A stretch of DNA of 63,983 bases, counting the filler, from Vicugna vicugna (lineage: Eukaryota), in NCBI GenBank assembly GCA_013265495.1. It is 81 parts of 80 records of this genome, joined end to end, with 100 filler letters (N's around TTAATTAATTAA, not from the genome) between each part and the next. Parts side by side here need not be neighbours in the genome. Positions count along the whole stretch, not along the records: positions 1 to 959 come from MU061503.1; positions 1,060 to 1,943 come from MU061508.1; positions 2,044 to 2,812 come from MU061510.1; positions 2,913 to 3,365 come from MU061513.1; positions 3,466 to 3,815 come from MU061513.1; positions 3,916 to 4,377 come from PNXW01019334.1; positions 4,478 to 4,934 come from PNXW01019339.1; positions 5,035 to 5,750 come from PNXW01019340.1; 73 more parts are not named here. One strand, 5' to 3'. Shown piece by piece: positions 1-11,972 of the stretch. Numbering within the stretch: the stretch's first letter is position 1; each line of letters starts with the position of its first letter. Position numbers and translations under genes: made by a program. The notes below the pieces were generated by a model. That model was not told where the DNA came from. It searched no databases and saw nothing but the letters and a program-made list of their open reading frames with translations.

Positions 1-959
1 AATGGTTCCGGAATCCTGAGCGTGGGGAGGTTCCTCCAACGGTCTTCAGCGCGTGGGTTCAAACGTGTTGCCAGAGCTCGTCTCCCCTGAGGGTTTTCCT
101 AATGTCTCTGTGCCAGGGAATGCTAGGGGGGGTTTGCAGGAAATCCCAGTGACAGAGGCTGCCTCCCCAAGGTCAGGGAAGGTATTTCTCGGACTTCCCC
201 GAACAGGGAACACCTGTGACTGAAGAGAGCTGCGTGGAGTTGTCTCTCGAGCTCCCCNNNNNNNNNNNNNNNNNNNNNNNNNNNNNNNNNNNNNNNNNNN
301 NNNNNNNNNNNNNNNNNNNNNNNNNNNNNNNNNNNNNNNNNNNNNNNNNNNNNNNNNNNNNNNNNNNNNNNNNNNNNNNNNNNNNNNNNNNNNNNNNNNN
401 NNNNNNNNNNNNNNNNNNNCCCCAAATCAGGGAAAGTATTTCTCGGACTTCCCCGAACAGGGAATACCTGTGACTGAAGAGAGCTTCGTGGAGTTTTCTC
501 TCGCGCTCCCCCACGCACTGACAATGTTTCCGGAATCATGATCGTGGGGAGATTCCACCAACGGTCGTCAGCGCGTATGATCTAACGGGATGCCTGAGCT
601 CGTCTCCCCTGAGTGTTTTCCATATGTTCTGTGCCATGGAATGCTAGGGGGTGTTTGCAGGAATTCCCAGTGTCAGAGGCTGCCTCCCCAAGGTCAGGGA
701 AGGTATTTCTCGGACTTCCCCGAACAGGGAATACCTGTGACTGAAGAGAGCTTCGTGGAGTTTTCTCTCGCGCTCCCCCACGCACTGACAATGTTTCCGG
801 AATCATGATCGTGGGGAGATTCCACCAACGGTCGTCAGCGCGTGGGTTCAAACGGGATGCCTGAGCTCGTCTCCCCTGAGTGTTTTCCATATGTTCTGTG
901 CCATGGAATGCTAGGGGGTGTTTGCAGGAATTCCCAGTGTCAGAGGCTGCCTCCCCAAG
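1..959. repeat. SatA: 267-bp GC-rich tandem satellite
   Basis: GGACTTCCCCGAACAGGGA at 445 and 712; TGCCTGAGCTCGTCTCCCCTGAG at 591 and 858 (period 267). Confidence 0.95.
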
Positions 960-1059
960 NNNNNNNNNNNNNNNNNNNNNNNNNNNNNNNNNNNNNNNNN
1001 NNNTTAATTAATTAANNNNNNNNNNNNNNNNNNNNNNNNNNNNNNNNNNNNNNNNNNNN
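960..1059. other. Artificial contig linker N44-TTAATTAATTAA-N44 (first of ~80 identical copies in the window; last at 63833-63932)
   Basis: Exactly 44 N + TTAATTAATTAA (1004-1015) + 44 N. The palindromic 12-mer gives TAA in all six frames. It recurs between every unrelated fragment. Confidence 0.98.
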
Positions 1060-1943
1060 TGTATTCTATATTCTAAATTCTGTGTTTGCATTCCATGTTC
1101 TAAAATCTGGGTTCTATATTCTCTATCCTACATTCTATATTCTGTGTTCTACATTCTATATTCTAAATTCTATATTCAGTATTCTGTATTCTATGTTCTA
1201 AATTATGAGTGCTGCATTCCATATTCAAAATTCTGCGTTCTATATTGTCTATTCTATATTCTATATTGTGTGTCCTTCATTTTATACTCTACATACTATA
1301 TTTTGCTTTCCGTAGTCTATATTCTTTTTTTTTTAACATTTTTATTGATTCGTAATCATTATGCAGTGTTGTGTTGTGTNNNNNNNNNNNNNNNNNNNNN
1401 NNNNNNNNNNNNNNNNNNNNNNNNNNNNNNNNNNNNNNNNNNNNNNNNNNNNNNNNNNNNNNNNNNNNNNNNNNNNNNNNNNNNNNNNNNNNNNNNNNNN
1501 NNNNNNNNNNNNNNNNNNNNNTTGTTTATCTGTTCTACAATTTTGAAATCCCAGTCTATCCCTTCCCACCCTCTACCCCGCCTCCCACCCCAGTAACTAC
1601 AGGTCTGTATTCTCTGTCCATGAGTCCATTTCTGTCCTGTATTTATGCTTTGTTTTTGTTTGTTTGTTTGTTTTTGTTTTTTAGATTCCACATATGAGCG
1701 AACTCATATGGTATTTTTCTTTCTCTTTCTGGCTTACTTCAATTAGAATGACATTCTCTACGTATTCTATATTCTAAATTCTGTGTTCTAAATTCTAAAT
1801 TCTAAATTCTATATGCAGTATTCTGTATTCTATATTCTAAATTCTGTGTTCTGCATTAAAAGTTCTATATTCTATATACAGTATCCTGTATTTTATAGTC
1901 TATATTCTGTATTCTACATTCTATATTCTAAATTCTATATTCA
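1060..1943. repeat. SatC: heptamer-derived (ATTCTAT/ATTCTAA/GTTCTAC) AT-rich satellite, interrupted by an L1 3' end
   Basis: TTCT recurs every ~7 bp (TATTCTATATTCTAAATTCTGTGTTCTACATTCT). Confidence 0.93.
1326..1760 (-). mobile_element. 5'-truncated LINE-1 3' end inserted in SatC, with candidate target-site duplication
   Basis: Poly(T) plus TTTTATTG at 1326-1348, then L1 3'UTR-like TTAGATTCCACATATGAGCGA...TCTGGCTTACTTCA. Flanked by CGTAGTCTATATTCT (1311-1325) and CGTATTCTATATTCT (1761-1775). Confidence 0.85.
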
Positions 1944-2043
1944 NNNNNNNNNNNNNNNNNNNNNNNNNNNNNNNNNNNNNNNNNNNNTTAATTAATTAAN
2001 NNNNNNNNNNNNNNNNNNNNNNNNNNNNNNNNNNNNNNNNNNN

Positions 2044-2812
2044 ATGCAGAACACAGATTTTGGAATATGGAATACAGAATACTGAATACTGAATAGAGTA
2101 TATGGAGTTCAGAACACAGAATTTAGAATATAGAATACAGAATACTGAATATAGAATTTAGAATATAGAAAGTAGAACACAGAATATAGAATATAGAATA
2201 GAGAATTTAGAACATAGAATGCAGAACACAGAATTTATAATATAGATTAAGAATATAGACTTTGGAATATAGAATGTAGAACACAGAATATATAATGTAC
2301 AATACGGAATGCAGAATATAGAATACAGAATATAGAATTTAGAACACAGAGTATAAAATATGGAAAGCAGAATATAAAACACAGAACTTAGAACATGTAA
2401 TGCAGAACAAAGAATTTAGATATATAGTATAGAGATTAATGAATACAGAATTTAGAATATAGAATGTAGAACACAGAATTTAGAATATAGAATACAGAAT
2501 ACTGAATAAATATATTAGAATATAGAATGTAGAACACAGAATATAGAATAGAGTATACAGAAAGCAAAATATCGATTGTAGANNNNNNNNNNNNNNNNNN
2601 NNNNNNNNNNNNNNNNNNNNNNNNNNNNNNNNNNNNNNNNNNNNNNNNNNNNNNNNNNNNNNNNNNNNNNNNNNNNNNNNNNNNNNNNNNNNNNNNNNNA
2701 TTTTGAATATGCAGTACACAGGACATATAATAGAGTATACAGAACACAGAATTTAAAATATGGAATCCAGAACAGAAAATTTAGAATATAGAATACAGAA
2801 TACTGAATATAG
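2044..2812. repeat. SatC, opposite orientation (AGAATAT-type heptamers)
   Basis: TAGAATATAGAATACAGAATACTGAAT, AGAACACAGAATTT: reverse complement of SatC. Confidence 0.93.
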
Positions 2813-2912
2813 NNNNNNNNNNNNNNNNNNNNNNNNNNNNNNNNNNNNNNNNNNNNTTAATTAATTAANNNNNNNNNNNNNNNNNNNNNNNNNNNNNNNN
2901 NNNNNNNNNNNN

Positions 2913-3365
2913 TATGGGGGCACAGGTGTTCCAAAGTTGGGGATTTGGTTTTAACACTGCCACTGCCCTTAGAGGGGCACTCGCTAATCCTTGTTGATAG
3001 AGCCCAACCCCCACATTTGCTCACAGCACGGCCAAGGTAAACACTCAAGGAAGTCAAGCTAAAAAATTCCACGCATGGGGGCACAGGTGTTCCAAAGTTG
3101 GGGATTTGGTTTTAACACTGCCACTGCCCTTAGAGGGGCACTCGCTAATCCTTGTTGATAGAGCCCAACCCCCACATTCGCTCACAGCACGGCCAAGGTA
3201 AACACTCAAGGAAGTCAAGCTAAAAGATACTCTTAGAATCAGGGAAGGCAAGGGATTCAAGTAGAACACAATCGCTGCTGACTGTTGGAGGAACATGCCC
3301 ACACTCAGGAATCCGGAACCCAACCTTGTGTGGCGGGGAGATGTGGAGCCTCAATCCAAACCAAA
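2913..3365. repeat. SatE: diverged GC-rich satellite related to SatA, with an internal 161-bp tandem duplication
   Basis: CACAGGTGTTCC and CCCACACTCAGGAATCCGGAAC motifs shared with SatA; ATGGGGGCACAGG at 2914 and 3075. Confidence 0.8.
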
Positions 3366-3465
3366 NNNNNNNNNNNNNNNNNNNNNNNNNNNNNNNNNNN
3401 NNNNNNNNNTTAATTAATTAANNNNNNNNNNNNNNNNNNNNNNNNNNNNNNNNNNNNNNNNNNNN

Positions 3466-3815
3466 CTCCACTTCCCATGGAGAGGCACTCACTAATACTT
3501 GGATTTAGAGAACAAATTCAATTTGAACCACACTCCGTCTTATGATATCCATCAGGGAAGAGAAGCTTAAGGATTCTACTAGATCACTGGCACTGCTGTC
3601 AGATGGAGGAACTTTCCCACTCTCAGGATTCTGGAATACAGACTTGTGGGAGGTGGATTTGTGTATCCCCACTCCACGTAGTTGGATGTGGGCACAGGTG
3701 TTCCCCTTTAGGGAGAATTCATCTAAATACTTCCTCAGTCCATCGGGGGTCACTCGTTACTATTTGGCCGCAAAGCCCAAATCCCAGCTTTCCCTCAGAG
3801 CCAGGCCTAGGACAA
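3466..3815. repeat. SatE subunit
   Basis: GGAGGAACTTTCCCACTCTCAGGATTCTGGAA and CACAGGTGTTCCCC motifs. Confidence 0.8.
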
Positions 3816-4064
3816 NNNNNNNNNNNNNNNNNNNNNNNNNNNNNNNNNNNNNNNNNNNNTTAATTAATTAANNNNNNNNNNNNNNNNNNNNNNNNNNNNN
3901 NNNNNNNNNNNNNNNGCTGCTTCAAGTTCATTACTCCGTGAGCTCTGCCAGGATTGCCTTGTTCCCTCCTATCTGCCTCACACCCCACCGCCATCACCTG
4001 AGTTTGCTCATATCACTCGTATTTTTCCCCAAGCTCTTGCTACCCCCAACATGCTGCCTGTTTC

Positions 4065-4204
4065 CTCTGCTAAAACTCTGAGCCCCCAGGGATGGGGAGT
4101 CGTGTCTATTTTGTTGAATAATAAAGCCCAAGAGCCTTGGGAATGGGTCTAGTTACTAGATTCCCATATGTAGTAGGAGCTTACACAGATTTGCTGAATG
4201 AATG
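4065..4204 (+). mobile_element. L2 LINE 3' end remnant
   Basis: Ends in GTAGTAGGAGCTTACACAGATTTGCTGAATGAATG, resembling the L2 3' terminus (ATAGTAGGCGCTCAATAAATATTTGTTGAATGAATG). Confidence 0.55.
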
Positions 4205-5628
4205 CAGAGGTCCTGGTCCAATCCGATGGAGCACTTCTGTATCCTGCTCAAAGAATAACTCTCCTTTCCCCCTGAGAGGGGGTGACCACTTCCTTGGTGA
4301 TCAAAGGCAAGGTCTACTGTTAACCTTAGGCTGGGAGACTGGGGGATCTTCATTTATATTTTAAAATTTGATTCACTNNNNNNNNNNNNNNNNNNNNNNN
4401 NNNNNNNNNNNNNNNNNNNNNTTAATTAATTAANNNNNNNNNNNNNNNNNNNNNNNNNNNNNNNNNNNNNNNNNNNNACCAAATATATCTCCAAGGTTGA
4501 TTGATTTTCATGATAACTATAATTTTTGAAAAAATAACTTACATATAACATATCCAAGCAGCTCTTCAGTTATCCACAGTACCATAGGCTACAGTTATTC
4601 TTACTGTACTTAAAACAAGTAATAGCAAGGTTCAGGCTCTTGCTTTTGAACTGCCACTGGAATTCTGGATATTCCCTTAGGTTAAAGACCAAAAGCAAAA
4701 TAACATTTCTGCTTTAAAGCAATTGCTCAAAGACTTTAAGGCATTCACTATCTATATCCAGTTACAAGAAAGAATTAAGTTTTCTTAACCTTAAAAAAAT
4801 GAAATCTACTGCTGAAAATGAAATTCTGTCATGTATGCAGACCATAACTATAAAGGCTCTTAGTTAATGTTCCCTTTACTGTTTCCCATCCAACATAGTT
4901 CATGATCATCAATTTCAAATTCCATTTACGCTTGNNNNNNNNNNNNNNNNNNNNNNNNNNNNNNNNNNNNNNNNNNNNTTAATTAATTAANNNNNNNNNN
5001 NNNNNNNNNNNNNNNNNNNNNNNNNNNNNNNNNNGAGGCGTGTGTCTCACGCCTGCAAATCTCACACAGGCTCAACTCCCACACAGGCTCAACTCCGAGC
5101 CTCAATGTCTGAACTTGGCCCCATTTTCTCACCTGTTTATTTGGTATCTGTTCTTCTGTAAGCTGCCTGAAGTGCTTCTTGGAACAAGTCAGAAGAATGA
5201 GTGGGTAGAGAAATGGACAGATGGACAGGTGAGAGATGGGCAGACAAACAGGGAGACTCCAAGAGAAGGGGAGCAAACAAAATTTCCTATGCAAAACCCT
5301 CTTTTAGTCAAGAAAGAAAACCATCATGAAGAAGTGTGAAGAGGCAGGTGGCTTAGGACTGTTTCCTGGATTCCATCAAAAGTCACACCACGTGATGAGA
5401 GGGTAGAAGTATAAATAATAAAAGAAAAAAAGCATGCATGTTTGAAAAATATATCTACATTATGTACTTTCTAAAGAATAGATTTATATCAGAAGGCTCA
5501 ATAACACAATCCTCGGGTATTTACAGAAGTGAGAATCCATTCTCCAATCCGCAAGACATCCCTTCGGAGCACTGAGAGTCTACACGGTGCGATCATAAAG
5601 CCGTCACCGCAAAATCTGTGCTATCCTG

Positions 5629-5750
5629 CACTTACGAGGAACGAGCAGCTGTGCTCGGGCTGCCCACGCGCGTCATTTACACCCCACAGCACCTCTACGA
5701 GGGAGGGATGACTAGCGAGCCCCGTCTCTGCAGGACAGAAAACAAGTCCG
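5629..5750 (-). mobile_element. Probable MIR SINE remnant, GC-shifted
   Basis: CACTTACGAG...TCATTTACACCCCACAGCACCTCTACGAGG...CCCCGTCTCTGCAG follows the antisense MIR core (TCATTTAATCCTCACAACAACCCTATGAGG...CCCCATTTTACAG). Confidence 0.4.
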
Positions 5751-5850
5751 NNNNNNNNNNNNNNNNNNNNNNNNNNNNNNNNNNNNNNNNNNNNTTAATT
5801 AATTAANNNNNNNNNNNNNNNNNNNNNNNNNNNNNNNNNNNNNNNNNNNN

Positions 5851-6405
5851 TTCAATAGTCTGCATTCCGTATCTAACATTCCATATTCTGTATTCAACAT
5901 TGTATATTCTAAATTCGATATTCAGTATTCTGTATCCTATAATCTAATTTCTGTGTTCTAAATTCCATGTTCTTAATTCTGGGTTCTAATATTTTATTCT
6001 ATATTCTATAATTTGGGTTCATCATTCTATAACCTATATTGTATATTCTGCATTCCGTCGTCTATATTCTATATTCTGTGTTCTACATTCTATATTATCT
6101 ATATTCTAAATTCTATATTCAGTATTCTGTTTTCTATATTCTATGTTCTGTGTTCATCATTCTCTATTCGAACTTCTATATTCAGAATTCTGTATTGTAT
6201 ATCTAAATTCTGTGTTGTGCATTCCATGTTCTAAATTCTGGGTTCTGTATTCTCTATTCTATATTCTCTATTCTGGGTTCTACATTCTATATTCTAAATT
6301 CTATATTCAGTTTTCGGTTTTCTATATACTATGTTCTGAGTTAATCATTCTCTACTCAAAATTCTATATTCAGTAGACTGTATTCTATATTCTAAATTCT
6401 GTGTT
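5851..6405. repeat. SatC
   Basis: 7-bp TTCT periodicity, CATTCCATGTTCTAAATTCTGGGTTC unit. Confidence 0.93.
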
Positions 6406-6505
6406 NNNNNNNNNNNNNNNNNNNNNNNNNNNNNNNNNNNNNNNNNNNNTTAATTAATTAANNNNNNNNNNNNNNNNNNNNNNNNNNNNNNNNNNNNNNN
6501 NNNNN

Positions 6506-6578
6506 GGTACTGGGGACTGAAGCCAGGACATTGTGCATGCTATGCAGGTTATCTACAACTGAGTAATACCAACCCTCC
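6506..6578 (-). mobile_element. tRNA-derived SINE head (camelid vic-1-like)
   Basis: Reverse complement reads GGAGGGTTGGTATTACTCAGTTGTAGATAACCTGCATAGCATGCACAATGTCCTGGCTTCAGTCCCCAGTACC, with degenerate Pol III A and B boxes of a tRNA-Ala-like head. Confidence 0.7.
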
Positions 6579-8786
6579 TTGTCTGCACTTAAAAATAAAT
6601 ATTGCAATACACAAAATAGCTCTTAAACTCCATCATGGGACCTGGTCTCTGTATAGGCAATTAAACACGTATACTATTTCAATAAGAATAAATGCTGTTG
6701 AGACATACGTTTCTGAATCTGTTAATGTGCTTAAAAGAGATCATAGCTAGTGATAAACACGAGACTTGGATCCAGTACTTCTTAGGGTATGTTTTGCCAT
6801 CATGGGAAATTACATTCTACCGAGAAGGCTAATTGGGTCTCTTTGATGGTTTAGCAGGTGATCAAGGCTTTCCAAAGCTGACAGTTTTGTATTTTAAACT
6901 AACTACAAAGTTATCTTCTAGAAGATGGAAATCAAAACCTTGTGAATTTCCCAGTAATCCAGGGGGTATATGTCTGTGTCTGTNNNNNNNNNNNNNNNNN
7001 NNNNNNNNNNNNNNNNNNNNNNNNNNNTTAATTAATTAANNNNNNNNNNNNNNNNNNNNNNNNNNNNNNNNNNNNNNNNNNNNGAAAGCAACATAGTCAC
7101 AAGAGAACCTCCAGATGGGTTCCAGCTGCTAACTCAGCAGCAATATTGCAGGACGGGGAGAAGTGCCAGGACATAGACCATAACTTGAATGGCAGAATGC
7201 TGCCATCTAGGGTAGCCTATGACACATGTCCACTATTACTAATAACAGCAGAGCTAGAGAATGCCACAGACCTGCAAATCTTAAAAGAATTCAGCAGTTC
7301 GAAATTATCCTAAAAGAAAGGTTGAGAATTCTCCCCTGAAGGGATAAGCAGCAAGATGAAAAGGAAAGAAGAATACCCTTATAGAAATGAACAAGAAGAG
7401 GTGGAAAAGAAGAAACAAGAAGAAAGCAACGAGGACATAAAAACCCTAAATATGGGAGAGGGAAGCAGGAAATCATAGGGGACTGGAAGCACTATCTTAA
7501 GGGAGTCATCTTATATGACTCTCTGTTGGAAGCAAACGAAAGATGCATGGACTGACGTGTTTGCAAAACAAACGAGAAGCAGACCNNNNNNNNNNNNNNN
7601 NNNNNNNNNNNNNNNNNNNNNNNNNNNNNTTAATTAATTAANNNNNNNNNNNNNNNNNNNNNNNNNNNNNNNNNNNNNNNNNNNNGTGTCAGTGCTGGTG
7701 TCTGGATGGATGCCACTGGGGGTGAGGGCAACTGCAAGCCGAGAGGAAGAATGGAAATCATCCTCTGCTTTTTCTGTCTTGTTTCTTTGTTACTTTTAAA
7801 GAGAAGCGTAAATAAGATAAACTGAATCTTCCCTACTGAAATTTCAGTAATGAAACCGTTTTTAAAGTGTTCACAACTTAAATTCTGCCTATNNNNNNNN
7901 NNNNNNNNNNNNNNNNNNNNNNNNNNNNNNNNNNNNNNNNNNNNNNNNNNNNNNNNNNNNNNNNNNNNNNNNNNNNNNNNNNNNNNNNNNNNNNNNNNNN
8001 NNNNNNNNNNNNNNNNNNNNNNNNNNNNNNNNNNNNNNNNNNNNNNNNNNNNNNNNNNNNNNNNNNNNNNNNNNNNNNNNNNNNNNNNNNNNNNNNNNNN
8101 NNNNNNNNNNNNNNNNNNNNNNNNNNNNNNNNNNACTGATAAAACATGACTGACAAATCCCAGGTTCCTTTGACGCTATCATTTTCTGTTTCTGGCCAAC
8201 ACCCGTCAATGAGCAGAATCACCCTATTCCCGAGCCATGGGACTCACGTGGGAAGCAGTTTTGGAGAAATTTCCAGGAATAGAATGTAACCAACTATACA
8301 TAGAACTCTGAAAAAGAAAAGATGCAATGCTCTGATTTTGGAAGACACTTAAAATATTCTCCTAAACATTAGTAGCTGGAAAGGCTGGGCTTCTCCTAAG
8401 CCATTTATTTATTTCACAGCCAGTGAGCATCTCCCACAAATCCTGCTTCACTGTGTCTGCTGGGAGCGTCAGGCACACTGCTGCTGTCGATTTTATAAGT
8501 CACAAGGCAGAGGAGTGTTTCTCACGCCTGCAACCCTCACACAGGCTCACCTCCTAACCTCACTGTCTGAACTTGACCCCATTTTCTCACCTGTTTATTT
8601 GGTATCTGATCTTCTGTAAGCTGTCTGAAATGCTATTTGGAACAAGTCAGAAGAATGAGTGGGTAGATAAATGGACAGATGGACAANNNNNNNNNNNNNN
8701 NNNNNNNNNNNNNNNNNNNNNNNNNNNNNNTTAATTAATTAANNNNNNNNNNNNNNNNNNNNNNNNNNNNNNNNNNNNNNNNNNNN

Positions 8787-9341
8787 TTAGTGGAGGTTTT
8801 TAAACTACATCCCTAACCTGGGAACACCTATTTCCCCATATATATCCGTGGATTCTGTTTCCAGACCTCCAACACACACACGAACACTTGCACAGTTATC
8901 CTGAGAGTGGGCAGCCTCCTCCAACTGACAGCAGGGCCTGGGTTCTAATAAAATCGCTTAACTTGTCTTCCCTGTTTGGTTGCCTGATACGGAGTGCGGG
9001 GGAAAGTGGGGGTTGGGCTAAGTATTAGCGAGTGCTTCTTCATGGGAAGTGGAGGTTATTAACCAAAAACCCACAACATGGGAACACCTGTGCTCCTTGA
9101 AAAATGCGTGGACTCTCTTTCCCCACCTCCAGCACACACATGAAGAAGTGTTCTGGTATCCTGAGTGTGGGGAGGCACCTCGAACTGACAGCAGCATCTG
9201 GGATCTAATAGGATCCCTTAGGTTGAATTCCCTGTGTGATTTCCAAGGTCGGGCTGGGAGCGAAGGTGGGGGCTGGGCTCTAAAGCAAAGTAATATCGTG
9301 TGCCTCTCTATGGGCAGTGGAGGTGTTTAAAGTACATTCCC
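8787..9341. repeat. SatE, diverged subunits of 259 and 268 bp
   Basis: GTGGAGGT..TTAA anchor at 8790, 9049 and 9317; GGGAACACCT motif. Confidence 0.85.
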
Positions 9342-9441
9342 NNNNNNNNNNNNNNNNNNNNNNNNNNNNNNNNNNNNNNNNNNNNTTAATTAATTAANNN
9401 NNNNNNNNNNNNNNNNNNNNNNNNNNNNNNNNNNNNNNNNN

Positions 9442-10679
9442 TATTCATTATTCTGTATTCTATATTCTAAATTATGTATTCTGCATCCCATGTTCTAAAT
9501 TCTGTGTTTTATATTCTCTATCCTGTATTCTATATTCTGTGTTCTACATTCTATATTGTAAACCCTATATTTAGTTTTCTGTATACTATATTCTAAATTC
9601 TGTGTTCTGCATTCCATGCTCTAAATTCTGGCTTCCATATTCTCTATTCTCTATTCTTTTATTTTATTTTATTTTTTTTCCATATTTATTGATTCATAAT
9701 CATTTTACAGTGTTGTGTCAAATACCAGTGTTCAGTACAATTTTTAATTCATCCATGGACATATAAACACTAATTTTCACATTTTTTTCTCTGTNNNNNN
9801 NNNNNNNNNNNNNNNNNNNNNNNNNNNNNNNNNNNNNNNNNNNNNNNNNNNNNNNNNNNNNNNNNNNNNNNNNNNNNNNNNNNNNNNNNNNNNNNNNNNN
9901 NNNNNNNNNNNNNNNNNNNNNNNNNNNNNNNNNNNNNNNNNNNNNNNNNNNNNNNNNNNNNNNNNNNNNNNNNNNNNNNNNNNNNNNNNNNNNNNNNNNN
10001 NNNNNNNNNNNNNNNNNNNNNNNNNNNNNNNNNNNNNNNNNNNNNNNNNNNNNNNNNNNNNTTTCTGCATTTTCTATATTTTAAACTCTGTGTTCTACAT
10101 TCTATATTTTAATTCTGTGTTCTGCATTCCATGTTCTAAATTCTGGGTTCTATATTCTCTATTGTATATTCTATATTCTGTGTTCTACATTCAATCTTCT
10201 AAATTCAATATTCAGTATAATGTATTCTATATTCTAAATTCTGTGTAGTGCTTCCATGTTCTAAATACTGGTTTCTATATTCTCTAATCTATATTTTTAG
10301 ACTGTGTTCTACATTCTATATTCTAAATTCTGCATTCAGTATTCTGTATTCTATATTCTAAATTCTGTGTTCTTCATTCCATGTTCTTAATTCTGTGTTC
10401 AATATTCTGTATTCTATATTCTATATTCTGTGTTCTACATTGTATATTCGAAATTCTATATTCATTTTTCTGTATTCTATATTCGAAATTCTGTGTTCTA
10501 CATTCCATGTTCTAAATTATTTATTCAGTATATTGTATTCTATATTCTAAATTCTGTGTTCTACCTTCCATTTTCTAAATCTCTATTTAGTATACGGTAT
10601 TCTATATGATACATTCTGTGTTCTGTATTCCATGTTCTATATTCTGTGTTTTACATTCTATATTCTAAATTGTATACTC
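9442..10679. repeat. SatC with ~125-bp higher-order unit; contains an L1 3' end
   Basis: CCATG recurs at 10129, 10254, 10379, 10505 and 10630. Confidence 0.93.
9657..9794 (-). mobile_element. LINE-1 3' end (same young family as 1326-1760) inserted in SatC
   Basis: T-rich tail followed by TTTATTGATTCATAATCATTTTACAGTGTTGTGTCAAAT; runs into an N gap. Confidence 0.8.
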
Positions 10680-10779
10680 NNNNNNNNNNNNNNNNNNNNN
10701 NNNNNNNNNNNNNNNNNNNNNNNTTAATTAATTAANNNNNNNNNNNNNNNNNNNNNNNNNNNNNNNNNNNNNNNNNNNN

Positions 10780-11972
10780 GAACACAGACGCCAATATCCT
10801 CACCAAAATAGTAGCAAAAAGAACACAAAAACACAGAAAAAATATTATGCATCATGACCAAGTGGGGATCATGCCAGAGACACAGGGGTGGTCCAACATA
10901 TGCAAATTAATCAATGTAATACAGCACATCAACAAGAGAAAGGACCAAAACCACATGATNNNNNNNNNNNNNNNNNNNNNNNNNNNNNNNNNNNNNNNNN
11001 NNNNNNNNNNNNNNNNNNNNNNNNNNNNNNNNNNNNNNNNNNNNNNNNNNNNNNNNNNNNNNNNNNNNNNNNNNNNNNNNNNNNNNNNNNNNNNNNNNNN
11101 NNNNNNNNNNNNNNNNNNNNNNNNNNNNNNNNNNNNNNNNNNNNNNNNNNNNNNNNNNNNNNNNNNNNNNNNNNNNNNNNNNNNNNNNNNNNNNNNNNNN
11201 NNNNNNNNNNNNNNNNNNNNNNNNNNNNNNNNNNNNNNNNNTGCAAATTTGAAAGTAAGTGGTAAAAGTCTCACTATATGCAGAAAATATGTTACTATAT
11301 ATAGAAAACCGTACAAAATCCAGACAAAAACTACTACAGCTGATCGAAGAATTCAGCAATGTAGCAGGTTACAAGATTAAGTTTAAAAAATCAGTGGCAT
11401 TTCTTAACGCTAACAATTCAGATAATACTATAGAACTGCAGTCAACATGACAGCATTGTATTGGTAGGAAATTATACATATAGGCCAATGGAAATGAATT
11501 GAGAGCCCAGAAATAATCCCACCAACTTTCAGTCAATTAATCTTTGACAAAGGAGGCAAGAAAATACAATGGAAGAGAGACTGTCCCTTCAGCAACTGAT
11601 GTTGGGAAAACTGGACAGCAGCATGTAAATCAATGAAGCTAGAACACTCCCAATGAAGGTAGAACACCATACACAAAATAAACTCAGAATGGAACAAAGA
11701 CTTATACATAATACAAGATACAATAAACTTCCTAATGGAAAATATAGGCAAAAGAGTATCTGACATACGTCTCATAAATTTTCTTGAAGAAAAAATAAAA
11801 GCAAGGATAAACAAATGAGACTTAATGAAGCTTACAAGCTTCTGCACAGCAAAGAAACTGGAAGTAAAACAAAAAAATCTTACAGAATGGAAAAAATTCT
11901 GAATATGAAACCGACAAAGGCTTGATTTCCAGAGTATATAAGCAGCTCATCCAACTGAATTAGAAAAAATAA
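10780..11972 (+). mobile_element. LINE-1 ORF2 (reverse transcriptase region) decayed fragment
   Basis: Translates to [36 protein letters not shown] and VKVSLYAENMLLYIEN (degenerate F/YADD), then FDKGGKKIQW...CWENWTAACKSMKLE; stops and deletions present. Confidence 0.95.

Noticed and set aside
6506..6578. tRNA-Ala gene
   Set aside because: The A/B boxes and stems are degenerate; it is better explained as a tRNA-derived SINE head.
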